A DNA stretch of 32,000 bases from Vibrio vulnificus CMCP6 (GCF_000039765.1 NC_004459.3:2601127-2633126), one strand, 5' to 3'; numbered from the stretch's first letter, positions 16,885 through 25,520 are shown. Notes: a model not told the origin generated them from the letters alone. A program made the numbers and translations.

Positions 16885-19254
16885 TTACTTCACCAGCAAA
16901 TGTTGACGATCGAGAACGTTGGTAATGTAGCGGAACCAATGGTCCGAGACGCGAGCTTTATCCTCATTCCAAGCAATAAAGCCACGGCTTTCAAAGAAAC
17001 GAAGTGTACCAATCACTTCAGCGATGCTGAGCTGAGTACACTCGGAGAGCTCTTCGGGAGAGGCCACTTCAAGCTGTACAATTGAACGTAACACCGCCAG
17101 CATCGGTTTAGGCATCTGCTCCAACTCTTTGGATTCCGGCGCATGGAACAAGCGCACCACGACACTATCAGACTCTTTATTGCGTCTTAACGACAAGCGG
17201 AAGAATCGCAGCGCCACTGTTGGGTTACCATCGGAGTAGTGCCACAAAATTCGGTAGAAGCCTTGTTTGGCTCGTTCTTCCTCAGAAGTCTCTTCTTGAT
17301 CCCACTGCTTAGGCACCACAAGGCCATCAAAGCTCAGCGGATTTTCAATATCCTGATTTACGCGGCTATCGAGTAAGGCAGAGATCTGTTTTTCATTCCA
17401 ACGAGGCAAAAAGGAGACCCAATCAAACAGCAGTCGCTCGCCACGAGCGCGATCGACAAAACGCCAGCTTGCTTTCTCAATCGCCATCACAACGCGGTGA
17501 TTTTGTTTAGATCGGCGCAGCAGGTTCGTCAGCTTCATCAGTCCGGCTAAACCACCAACCATGGGCTTCACCAAACGTTGTGCGTTATCAACTGCGATGA
17601 GATACGGCGTTTCACTTTTACGCAAGAACGCTAAAATTTGCACTTCTGTCGACTCTTCTGCCAACCCTAATCCTGTCGCCAACTGTTTCAACAGCTCTGG
17701 GTAACCATCGTAAGGGCAGTTAAGGTAAAGCGGCGTGGCGTTTTTCACTTTGCCAAGTATTTTCTTCAATACCGATGTGGTACCCACACCACGCTCACCT
17801 GACAACACACAAATCGCGGGGCTATCGGTCAACAAATAGCGAGAGAGGTTTTGAATTTCGTCACTGGCGTAGTCAATCCACTCGCTGTCTTGCTGCGGAG
17901 GCAACACATATTGAAATGCCGCATCACCACGAATGCGCACCAGTGAGTCGTTGCCGTCTCGGTTGCTGGTTTGCTTAGCCACTTCGATACGGAAGAGGTA
18001 AGCCAGTGCCTGACTGAACATGGTGTAGTTTGAGAGAGTCGCAATAATGCGATGTTTAAAGTGATGGCTAATCAGCCATACCGCCGAGATTGCGGTTGCT
18101 GGAATATTGAGAATAAAGCTATCTTGGCGTTTGATTGCCCACTGTACCCAGACTGGACGCTCCGTGATGCGATCAACCACTTCAAACACTTTTTTACGCC
18201 ACAGACGCAAAACGGATACAGTGACCAGAACGAACCAGAAGTACAGTGCGCTGTAGATCCAATAGTAAATGGTCCCTTTACCAAGAGTACGAACGGAGAT
18301 TTGTAAAATCACGCCAGCAACAATCGCACTCCACACATAACGTCGAATCGTGGCAAGGCGAAGCGCCACCACGTCTTTACTGGAACTGCGGCTATTGCGA
18401 TAAGCAAATTCAAGAATAAAGCTAATGGCGATGGAACCGCCTAAGATCCACCAAGTGAAGATCTCTAGATACACCAGATGTTGCAAACTCGGCAACTCGG
18501 CCAAAATACGCAAAGAAAGCGTAATCGCCACTAACCAAGCAATAGCGCGGTTTGCGCGGCTGAAGTACCAAATCAAACGCACCCAAAGAGTCGGCGCGTT
18601 GTTGTTATCAAGCTGGCTTTCACGAAACAACGTGATGATGCGTTTGCTGTTCGCCATCCACCACACCAACAGCAAGTACACGGCAAACACTTTCAACCCG
18701 GTCCAAATAACAGGCACTGGGGAAATAAAGGTATTTTTAATCAGAGCGCGAAAGCTTCTTATCTGAAAATGGACCAAATACTCGAGATTCAACTTCGTCA
18801 GTATCAGCTCTTGGCGAAACTGCGTCACGCCATAAGGGCCAAACCCCGTCAACTGCTCTTTGGTCGCGCTATCTGTCAATTGCAACAGCTTGGCCTTGCT
18901 ACTGCCTAAGCTATTGAGGGTGAGGTATTGATTCTCTACCGTTTGCCAATGCTCAGCTGTCGGCGTTTGGCGATATTGCTCGAGCAAACGTTTGAAGGCG
19001 TCACCTTCAGACTTTTGCATGGCGATAACAGCGGTGAGCATTTGATTCACCTTCACCTGATCTTTGGCGCTCATAAAGAGCGGGTCAGGCAATCGGGCTA
19101 AATCAGACTCAACGCTGAGTGCTTGGGCGTTGATCTGAGGTGGTGTCTGTGCAGCATATTGCCATTGGGCAAAGGATGCAGGCGCAAACAGCAGGGTAAA
19201 ACAAACGAATAGACGTAATATTTTTGGCATAAGTTGATCGTAATCTTTAGACAT
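16885..19254 (-). CDS. 789-aa membrane protein of unknown function: signal peptide, periplasmic helical region, multi-TM block, cytoplasmic degenerate P-loop NTPase-like domain, C-terminal winged-helix-like tail
   Basis: Long uninterrupted ORF. N-terminus ...LFVCFTLLFAPASFAQ, with about 6 hydrophobic segments between residues 180-400. The Walker-A-like GERGVGTTS lacks the Lys, and the Walker-B-like YLIAVDNAQ has DN instead of DE. The start is either 19254 or ATG 19230; neither has a strong RBS. Confidence 0.7.
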   Translation of the reverse strand: MSKDYDQLMPKILRLFVCFTLLFAPASFAQWQYAAQTPPQINAQALSVESDLARLPDPLFMSAKDQVKVNQMLTAVIAMQKSEGDAFKRLLEQYRQTPTAEHWQTVENQYLTLNSLGSSKAKLLQLTDSATKEQLTGFGPYGVTQFRQELILTKLNLEYLVHFQIRSFRALIKNTFISPVPVIWTGLKVFAVYLLLVWWMANSKRIITLFRESQLDNNNAPTLWVRLIWYFSRANRAIAWLVAITLSLRILAELPSLQHLVYLEIFTWWILGGSIAISFILEFAYRNSRSSSKDVVALRLATIRRYVWSAIVAGVILQISVRTLGKGTIYYWIYSALYFWFVLVTVSVLRLWRKKVFEVVDRITERPVWVQWAIKRQDSFILNIPATAISAVWLISHHFKHRIIATLSNYTMFSQALAYLFRIEVAKQTSNRDGNDSLVRIRGDAAFQYVLPPQQDSEWIDYASDEIQNLSRYLLTDSPAICVLSGERGVGTTSVLKKILGKVKNATPLYLNCPYDGYPELLKQLATGLGLAEESTEVQILAFLRKSETPYLIAVDNAQRLVKPMVGGLAGLMKLTNLLRRSKQNHRVVMAIEKASWRFVDRARGERLLFDWVSFLPRWNEKQISALLDSRVNQDIENPLSFDGLVVPKQWDQEETSEEERAKQGFYRILWHYSDGNPTVALRFFRLSLRRNKESDSVVVRLFHAPESKELEQMPKPMLAVLRSIVQLEVASPEELSECTQLSIAEVIGTLRFFESRGFIAWNEDKARVSDHWFRYITNVLDRQHLLVK

Positions 19255-19453
19255 AACGAAGAGATTGTAGTCTCAAAAACTGTTCATAATTCAGACAAAT
19301 AGAAATTTGCTGTGAAACTTTATCCATATTCACGTTTCAAATGTCAATGTTTTGTGATTTCAGTCATAAAAATCAAAGCTTGCACTCTGGGGCGTGAACA
19401 AGTAACGTTGCGCAGTTTTTTCTATTTGTTACTGACTCACTAAGGTAAAAGCT

Positions 19454-21046
19454 TTGATTTCTACAGCGAATATCACTCAACAATTTGGCGCTAAGCCACT
19501 GTTTGAAAACATCTCAGTTAAATTTGGCGAAGGCAATCGCTATGGTCTAATTGGGGCAAATGGTTGTGGTAAATCAACCTTTATGAAAATCCTCAGTGGT
19601 GAGCTTGAACCAACGAGTGGTAACGTCAGCTATGACCCAAATGAACGTGTTGCAAAACTGAATCAGGATCAGTTTGCTTACGAAGAGTTCACGGTTATCG
19701 ACACCGTTATAATGGGTCACAAAGAACTGTGGAAAGTGAAGCAAGAGCGTGATCGTATTTACTCGCTGCCAGAAATGAGCGAAGAGGACGGCATGCGTGT
19801 TGCGGATCTTGAAGTCGAGTTCGCGGAAATGGATGGCTACATGGCAGAAGCGAAAGCGGGTGAGCTTCTTCTTGCTGTAGGTATTCCAATGGAACAGCAT
19901 TACGGCCTAATGAGCAGCGTGGCGCCAGGTTGGAAACTGCGTGTGCTTCTAGCTCAGATTCTATTCGCCGACCCAGACATCATGCTGCTTGACGAACCAA
20001 CCAACAACTTGGATATGGATACAATCCGTTGGTTGGAAGACACGCTAAACGCGCGTAACTGCACCATGATCATCATCTCGCACGACCGTCACTTCCTAAA
20101 CTCTGTGTGTACCCACATGGCGGACTTGGATTACGGTGAGCTGCGTGTTTACCCAGGTAACTACGACGAGTACATGACCGCGGCGTCACAAGCTCGTGAG
20201 CGTCTACTCAGCGATAATGCGAAGAAGAAAGCGCAGATTGCTGAGCTACAAACCTTCGTAGCGCGTTTCTCTGCCAACGCATCAAAAGCAAAACAAGCGA
20301 CCTCTCGTGCGAAGCAAATCGACAAGATCAAACTGGATGAAGTCAAAGCATCTAGCCGTCAAAACCCATTCATTCGTTTCGAACAGTCAAAAGAGCTGTT
20401 CCGTAACGCTTTGATTGTTGAAAACCTAAGCCAAGGTTTTGAAGATGACTTGTTCTCAGACTTCAACGCGATTTTTGAAGTGGGTGAGCGTGTTGCGATC
20501 ATCGGTGAGAACGGTGTGGGTAAAACAACTCTTCTAAACACGCTGGCGGGTGTACTCGAGCCACGCACTGGTGAATTCAAATGGTCTGAGAACGCCAACA
20601 TCGGCTACTACGCGCAAGACCACGCACATGAGTTTGCAGAAGACCTAAACCTAATGGAGTGGATGGGCCAATGGCGTCAAGAGGGCGACGACGAGCAAGT
20701 GGTTCGTGGTTTCCTAGGGCGTATGCTGTTTGGTCAAGACGACATCAAGAAGTCGGTAAAAGTCCTATCTGGTGGTGAGCAAGGTCGTATGCTGCTTGGT
20801 AAGCTTATGATGCACAAACCAAACATGCTGCTCATGGATGAACCAACCAACCACATGGACATGGAATCGATCGAATCGTTAAACAACGCGCTTGAGCAAT
20901 ACAAAGGCACATTGTTCTTCGTCTCGCACGATCGCGTATTCGTAGACTCACTGGCAACTCGCATCATTGAAATCCGTGATGGCAAAATCACCGACTTCAA
21001 AGGCACTTACTCTGAGTACCTAAAATCACGCGGTGTAGAAAGCTAA
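19454..21046 (+). CDS. ybiT: ABC-F family ATPase YbiT
   Basis: 530 aa, collinear with E. coli YbiT as I recall it (…[38 protein letters not shown]…). It has two ABC cassettes and no TM domain. A TTG start at 19454 is required: there is an in-frame TAA 12 nt upstream and no ATG that preserves the conserved N-terminus. RBS TAAGGT. Confidence 0.9.
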   Translation: MISTANITQQFGAKPLFENISVKFGEGNRYGLIGANGCGKSTFMKILSGELEPTSGNVSYDPNERVAKLNQDQFAYEEFTVIDTVIMGHKELWKVKQERDRIYSLPEMSEEDGMRVADLEVEFAEMDGYMAEAKAGELLLAVGIPMEQHYGLMSSVAPGWKLRVLLAQILFADPDIMLLDEPTNNLDMDTIRWLEDTLNARNCTMIIISHDRHFLNSVCTHMADLDYGELRVYPGNYDEYMTAASQARERLLSDNAKKKAQIAELQTFVARFSANASKAKQATSRAKQIDKIKLDEVKASSRQNPFIRFEQSKELFRNALIVENLSQGFEDDLFSDFNAIFEVGERVAIIGENGVGKTTLLNTLAGVLEPRTGEFKWSENANIGYYAQDHAHEFAEDLNLMEWMGQWRQEGDDEQVVRGFLGRMLFGQDDIKKSVKVLSGGEQGRMLLGKLMMHKPNMLLMDEPTNHMDMESIESLNNALEQYKGTLFFVSHDRVFVDSLATRIIEIRDGKITDFKGTYSEYLKSRGVES

Positions 21047-21076
21047 TTTCGCGTTGCGTGCTTAAAAAGATCAAAC

Positions 21077-21106
21077 AAAGAGCCTCACTGAGGCTCTTTT
21101 GCTTTT
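21077..21106. terminator. bidirectional rho-independent terminator
   Basis: AAAGAGCCTC-ACT-GAGGCTCTTT followed by TGCTTTTT, between convergent ybiT (+) and the MCP gene (-). Confidence 0.7.
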
Positions 21107-21155
21107 TCCACTACCTATCGTCACTCAGTCGATGACGGCAAGTAGGTTAGGGCGC

Positions 21156-23018
21156 TCAATACTTAAATTGGGCAACGATCTTTTCCAGCTTGTGGCTAAC
21201 ATCCGACACTTGTTCGCTGCATCGTACAGAGCCAGAGACGATCTCGTAGGTATCCCCCGCAAGCTGCGCAATTTGCGTAATATTGCGGTCAATTTCTGCT
21301 GATACCATTGATTGCTCTTCTGACGCGGTCGCAATCTGCGTGTTCATATCAAACATCTCGGTGATTTGAGTGCTGATGCCTTCAATCGCTTCGATCACAT
21401 GGCGCGTATCCACATTCGTCGTCCGAGCTTGATCGACACTCTCTGCCATTTTGTTGACTGTTTGAGTGATGCCTTTCGTCAGTGCTTGTACGGTGGATTC
21501 AATTTGCAAGGTGGAATCATTGGTTAGGCGAGAGAGCTGACGAACTTCATCAGCGACCACAGCAAACCCTCGGCCACTTTCTCCAGCGCGCGCCGCTTCT
21601 ATGGCGGCATTTAATGCCAACAGGTTGGTTTGCTCTGCAATGCCTTGAATGGCAGAGACAACGGCATTGATTTCGCGGCTTTGTGCTTCAAGTGCTTGGA
21701 TCTGCGCTTGCGACTCTTCAATACTGATGGCTAACGTATCAATTCGCTTACCTGTCGCGTGGGTGAGTTGCAGTGCTTTATCGGCTTCGGTATTCACTCG
21801 TTGCGCATTTTGCGCAGCCGATTCAATATTGGCGGTGATCTCATTGGTCGTCATCACCAGTTCATTCACCGCTGTTGCAACAGACTCGGACTCTAACTTC
21901 TGCTGCTGCGCGTTTTGCATACTTTTCTGCGCTGCTTGCTCTGAGCTGCATGAATTCTCGCCAAGAACGCTCATCACGGACGCCAGCTGTTTGATGTTGT
22001 CATGTAGGTGGCTTATAAAGAGGTCAAATGAACGCGATAACTGCGCAAGCTCATCACTGCCTTTTGCATTCATTCGTACCGTCAAATCTCCGCTACCATT
22101 TGCGATGTCGTCCATCAAGAGGTTAATGGCTTTGATTCTCGAAAGAATACTACGGCCAATGACGTAGAGCAGTGACGACAACAGCGCAACGATCGCCACA
22201 CCCATCCACTGTAAGTAGCTTCGAATATCCGCTGCAGTTTGCTCAACGCTTTGCTTAATGGTGGTTTGCAGATCGGTAATCGCCTGTTCGGTTTTGTGCA
22301 CATTGCTACGCAACGCGCCTCTTAGACCTTCGTTTGCAGTTAAGCCAAGCGTTTCGATCGCGCTGACGTATCGAGATAAGGTGTTGGAATAATCGGTAAA
22401 AGCGGGAGACAAATCGGTTTCAAACTTGGCAAACTGGCGAAGCCCTTCGAGCAGCGCAACCTTGTATTCTTGCGTTGGTTCGGTGACAAAAGTGAAGTCG
22501 TGGTCAAGCAACTGCAAAAACTGCGCGGTAAGCTCTCCATCATTAGCACTGAGTACATTGGTTTTGAGCACGCTGCGTGCAGCAAATAGCTCACTTTGCA
22601 ACGCGTCAATGCTTGCTAGCTGAGCGGCCAATTGATGAAACTGAGTTTGATACTGAGATAGAGTGGTTACAATTTGCTGACGTTGATCGTCAATAGCAAT
22701 CGACTCACTGGCAAGAACGTCTGATAAGTGGTCAATGCGCTGTTGCAGTTGAGAATAGGTATTATCGAAACTCGTCAGGTATTTTTCGCTGCGACGAGCC
22801 AAATAATCTTTCTCGTGTCGGCGAAGCATCAACAGATCAATGGAACTGCTTAAGTTTTCTGTTGAGGCGTGCTCCAAAGAGGACAAATGCTTTGCGCTGT
22901 TGTTCTCATAAATCGCGTAGGCGGCAACGCCTAACAGCAAAGTCACATTGATGAGCAGCAGTTTGGCTCGGATAGAGAATGAAAAGAAAAAACGTTTTTG
23001 AACAGGTGATCCGGACAT
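21156..23018 (-). CDS. methyl-accepting chemotaxis protein
   Basis: 620 aa. N-terminal TM, a roughly 240-aa helical periplasmic region, a second TM ([18 protein letters not shown]), HAMP, and the signalling hairpin [41 protein letters not shown]. Confidence 0.9.
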   Translation of the reverse strand: MSGSPVQKRFFFSFSIRAKLLLINVTLLLGVAAYAIYENNSAKHLSSLEHASTENLSSSIDLLMLRRHEKDYLARRSEKYLTSFDNTYSQLQQRIDHLSDVLASESIAIDDQRQQIVTTLSQYQTQFHQLAAQLASIDALQSELFAARSVLKTNVLSANDGELTAQFLQLLDHDFTFVTEPTQEYKVALLEGLRQFAKFETDLSPAFTDYSNTLSRYVSAIETLGLTANEGLRGALRSNVHKTEQAITDLQTTIKQSVEQTAADIRSYLQWMGVAIVALLSSLLYVIGRSILSRIKAINLLMDDIANGSGDLTVRMNAKGSDELAQLSRSFDLFISHLHDNIKQLASVMSVLGENSCSSEQAAQKSMQNAQQQKLESESVATAVNELVMTTNEITANIESAAQNAQRVNTEADKALQLTHATGKRIDTLAISIEESQAQIQALEAQSREINAVVSAIQGIAEQTNLLALNAAIEAARAGESGRGFAVVADEVRQLSRLTNDSTLQIESTVQALTKGITQTVNKMAESVDQARTTNVDTRHVIEAIEGISTQITEMFDMNTQIATASEEQSMVSAEIDRNITQIAQLAGDTYEIVSGSVRCSEQVSDVSHKLEKIVAQFKY

Positions 23019-23144
23019 GGATACCTCCCATTTAGCCAGTGACGTAGTTAACCCATCTCCGCTTTTGTTTCATTTATGTTTCAAATTTATTGCAGAGAAT
23101 ACTCAACTAATAGCGCATGGGAGGCGTTTTGCAAGTAAGGCGAT

Positions 23145-23972
23145 TTAACTCTCTTTACCTTTGACATCAAAAATGATGTTTTCACCACCAGTAAAGACTT
23201 GAAAGCGCAAGCCTTTTGCTCGTGCGATGGTGGTAATACCAAATTGACGTGCTAAATCTAAACCCATCTGCGTGACACCAGAGCGAGAGAGCAAAACAGG
23301 GATGCCCATTTGAGCCACTTTGATCACCATTTCTGAAGTGAGACGGCCTGTGGTATAGAAAATCTTATCCGCGCCCGATTCTTGGTTTAACCACATTTCA
23401 CCGGCAAGCGTATCCACTGCGTTGTGACGGCCAACATCTTCGACAAACGAGCGAACTTCATCGCCTTTGCACACCGCACATCCGTGTACTGCACCTGCTT
23501 TTTTGTAGGTATCGTTGTAGTGGGTGAGCGCTTCTAAGGTCTTGTAAATATCCGACTGTTTAAGTGTCACTTGGGGCACTTGATAGTGCTCTAGTTGTTT
23601 CATCACGTTGCCATACATAGTGCCTTGCCCACACCCTGAGGTAACAGTTTTCTTTTTTAAAGCCTGTTCAATGTGTTCTACATTCTCTTTTGTCACTACC
23701 GCTGCGCTGTTGGTTTCCCAATCGATGATCACCGATTCAAGAGAATCAACTTCCGACAAGAAGCTTTGGTTCTTGAGATAGCCCAAAACGAGTGCTTCAG
23801 GTCTCGAGCCCAGTGTCATTAGCGTCACCACTTCTTTCCAGTTCAGAAGAACGGTTAAAGGGCGCTCACAAGCAATTTGCTTAATTAACTTCTCTCCATA
23901 TTCATCGAATACTTCCACTTCAATGGTTTGCAAAGGGTTTTCACTGGTTTTAATAATGTTGGGTTTGACCAC
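23145..23972 (-). CDS. fdhD: formate dehydrogenase accessory sulfurtransferase FdhD
   Basis: 275 aa. It aligns with E. coli FdhD motifs (SGCGQG vs TGCGVCG; VEDVGRHNAVDTL vs HEDVGRHVALDKL; LLSRSGVT). GTG start preceded by AGGAAAAAG. Confidence 0.9.
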   Translation of the reverse strand: MVKPNIIKTSENPLQTIEVEVFDEYGEKLIKQIACERPLTVLLNWKEVVTLMTLGSRPEALVLGYLKNQSFLSEVDSLESVIIDWETNSAAVVTKENVEHIEQALKKKTVTSGCGQGTMYGNVMKQLEHYQVPQVTLKQSDIYKTLEALTHYNDTYKKAGAVHGCAVCKGDEVRSFVEDVGRHNAVDTLAGEMWLNQESGADKIFYTTGRLTSEMVIKVAQMGIPVLLSRSGVTQMGLDLARQFGITTIARAKGLRFQVFTGGENIIFDVKGKES

Positions 23973-24056
23973 TTCTTTTTCCTGCTTGAATGGGTGATAT
24001 CAAGAATCACCGAAGAAACACGTTTGCCAAAGGCGGGGGAACAAAATCAATTCAAT

Positions 24057-24072
24057 AGCAATTACCGTTCCA
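24057..24072 (-). promoter_or_regulatory. sigma-54 (-24/-12) promoter upstream of fdhD
   Basis: The minus strand reads TGGAAC-GGTAA-TTGCT (one mismatch to TGGCAC-N5-TTGCW). It lies about 85 nt upstream of the fdhD GTG. Confidence 0.6.
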
Positions 24073-24140
24073 ATGTCATCTACCGTACGGCGTCTCACAT
24101 CTAACACATGTTACATATGGAAACATTCGCTTTATAACCT

Positions 24141-24156
24141 TGGCTTAGAATTTGCT
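24141..24156 (+). promoter_or_regulatory. sigma-54 (-24/-12) promoter upstream of the DUF3305/DUF3306-like genes
   Basis: TGGCTT-AGAAT-TTGCT, with correct GG/GC spacing. It lies about 100 nt upstream of ATG 24256. Confidence 0.6.
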
Positions 24157-24255
24157 ATTAAACGGCACAAAGCGACGCAACAAGTATGCACCAAGGCCTC
24201 GAATAGGACTAATGTATGTTTAAAGGCAAACGCATAGCAACATGATGGGTGGACC

Positions 24256-24714
24256 ATGTCAAATTCAATAGACGCACAAAGTAATATAGAAAAAAATGAA
24301 TACCTTTGGCCTATAGGCTGCAACCTCGTTGCCCATGAAATTGCCACTGGTATTTGGGTGACCACACAGTGGCAGTTAACGGGTTTTGAGTTAAAGCCAG
24401 AAAGCCACCATAGCCATGTCGTCACGCTTCAGTTGTTCCGTGACGAGCGAACCGACTACCGTTTTAACTTGAGTTCTCAAAACCCGAAACTCTTCGTTGT
24501 GCTTGAGAACGTAGAGGAAACGCCAAAGATCACAACCATCTCGGCATCACAATCGGTGGCTGGCCAGTATATGGATGGCGACTATTTAGTGCTTTCTTGT
24601 GAGATGCCATTGCCAATTCAGGCATGGATGGAAGCGTTTATCGGCCGTCATGGCGAGTTATTAGAAGAGCGCCGCAAGAAACGCAAAGGCGCGGGGCGGG
24701 CAAGTGGCAACTGA
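24256..24714 (+). CDS. FDH-cluster protein of unknown function (DUF3305-like, from memory)
   Basis: 152 aa, soluble, with RBS GGTGGA. The position (between fdhD and the FDH structural genes) and the size match the DUF3305 family as I remember it. I cannot verify this by search. Confidence 0.7.
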   Translation: MSNSIDAQSNIEKNEYLWPIGCNLVAHEIATGIWVTTQWQLTGFELKPESHHSHVVTLQLFRDERTDYRFNLSSQNPKLFVVLENVEETPKITTISASQSVAGQYMDGDYLVLSCEMPLPIQAWMEAFIGRHGELLEERRKKRKGAGRASGN

Positions 24715-25291
24715 TTTTTTCTCTCGCTGGTCCTCTCGTAAGTTAGCGGGAGATAGGCAAAAGCAGCCAAAACAAAGCGATGAAGATATCGCAGCGCACT
24801 CGTCGCTCACCGATGAGCAGAAAAACGCTGTCGAAGAAGACCGCGCATTACTCTCGAACCAGACAAGTGGCAAAAAAGAGGGTGCTGATGAGCAGACGGA
24901 GCAAGAACCTACTATTTCAGCGCTGTTGGCCAGTGAAGCGACGCAAGAAGTAAAAAAAGCGGCACTGCGTAAGCTTTTCCACAGTGAAGAGTTTAACGTG
25001 GTTGATAGGCTCAATGATTACGATCACGACTATAAGTCTTCTATTGGTGCTCTCGCACCCAATGTGGCGCAGACGTTAAGAGAATGGATGAAGCCAGTAG
25101 AGAAAGCGTTGACTGAGGCCGAGCCAGAAAGTGCACCTTGCACATTGGATGGTTCAGTAGCCGTTGATAACGATGAAAGTATTGAGGCGAACAGTGACAC
25201 GCTAACGCAATCTGAGACTCAAGCCCTGACTTTATCTCAATCCGATCTTCCTGCAAATGAAACGCTAGATGAGACAAAATATCCCACATAA
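24704..25291 (+). CDS. FDH-cluster protein of unknown function (DUF3306-like, from memory)
   Basis: GTG start overlapping the previous gene by 11 nt. The N-terminal FFSRWSSRKL motif is followed by an acidic, Gln/Glu-rich low-complexity region. 195 aa. Confidence 0.65.
   Translation: MATDFFSRWSSRKLAGDRQKQPKQSDEDIAAHSSLTDEQKNAVEEDRALLSNQTSGKKEGADEQTEQEPTISALLASEATQEVKKAALRKLFHSEEFNVVDRLNDYDHDYKSSIGALAPNVAQTLREWMKPVEKALTEAEPESAPCTLDGSVAVDNDESIEANSDTLTQSETQALTLSQSDLPANETLDETKYPT
25270..25286. promoter_or_regulatory. 17-bp dyad (distal candidate UAS), embedded in the last codons of the DUF3306-like gene
   Basis: TGAGACAAAATATCCCA. With flanks it matches the tup-region site TGAGACAAAATGTCGCACAT at 18 of 20 positions. 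It lies 61 bp centre-to-centre from the proximal site. Confidence 0.5.
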
Positions 25292-25321
25292 AAAATAGGT
25301 ACATTTTGACGCGGGATGGGA

Positions 25322-25356
25322 AAATTCAATTGGGACAAAATGTCCCAATTGAATTT
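25322..25356. promoter_or_regulatory. perfect 16+16 bp palindrome (proximal candidate UAS / RNA hairpin)
   Basis: AAATTCAATTGGGACA-aaa-TGTCCCAATTGAATTT. The core TGGGACAAAATGTCCCA (25331-25347) matches the shared dyad. The centre is about 90 bp upstream of the -24 element at 25428. Confidence 0.6.
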
Positions 25357-25427
25357 CTCGTCATCGATAGTGCCGTAAAACCCAACAAATCCTACGCTAA
25401 CCGACTGAATAATAAGCGTATAAAAGT

Positions 25428-25443
25428 TGGTATAGCACTTGCT
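25428..25443 (+). promoter_or_regulatory. sigma-54 (-24/-12) promoter of the Fe-S / chaperone / FDH structural genes
   Basis: TGGTAT-AGCAC-TTGCT, with correct GG/GC spacing. It lies about 80 nt upstream of ATG 25521. Confidence 0.65.
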
Positions 25444-25520
25444 AATGCTCCACAACAATAACTGAATTATCAGTATGACCTGCCAATCCTTCGCAGTGTT
25501 GGCCAGTGTGGAACAGAGCA

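Noticed and set aside
23985-24011. FNR or CRP site near fdhD (TTGAA...ATCAA; GTGAT...ATCAC)
   Set aside because: The half-site spacing does not fit TTGAT-N4-ATCAA or TGTGA-N6-TCACA. Only the generic dyad is reported, as a low-interest finding.
24035-24056. GGGAACAAAATCAATTCAAT, partly resembling half of the 25322-25356 palindrome
   Set aside because: It shares only the ACAAAAT core and a CAATTnAAT flank, with no dyad symmetry, and lies immediately next to the -12 element of the fdhD promoter. The resemblance may be a compositional coincidence.
24132-24425. 97-aa minus-strand ORF across the fdhD / DUF3305-like promoter region
   Set aside because: It is antisense to the DUF3305-like gene start and to the promoter elements, with no RBS or recognisable features.
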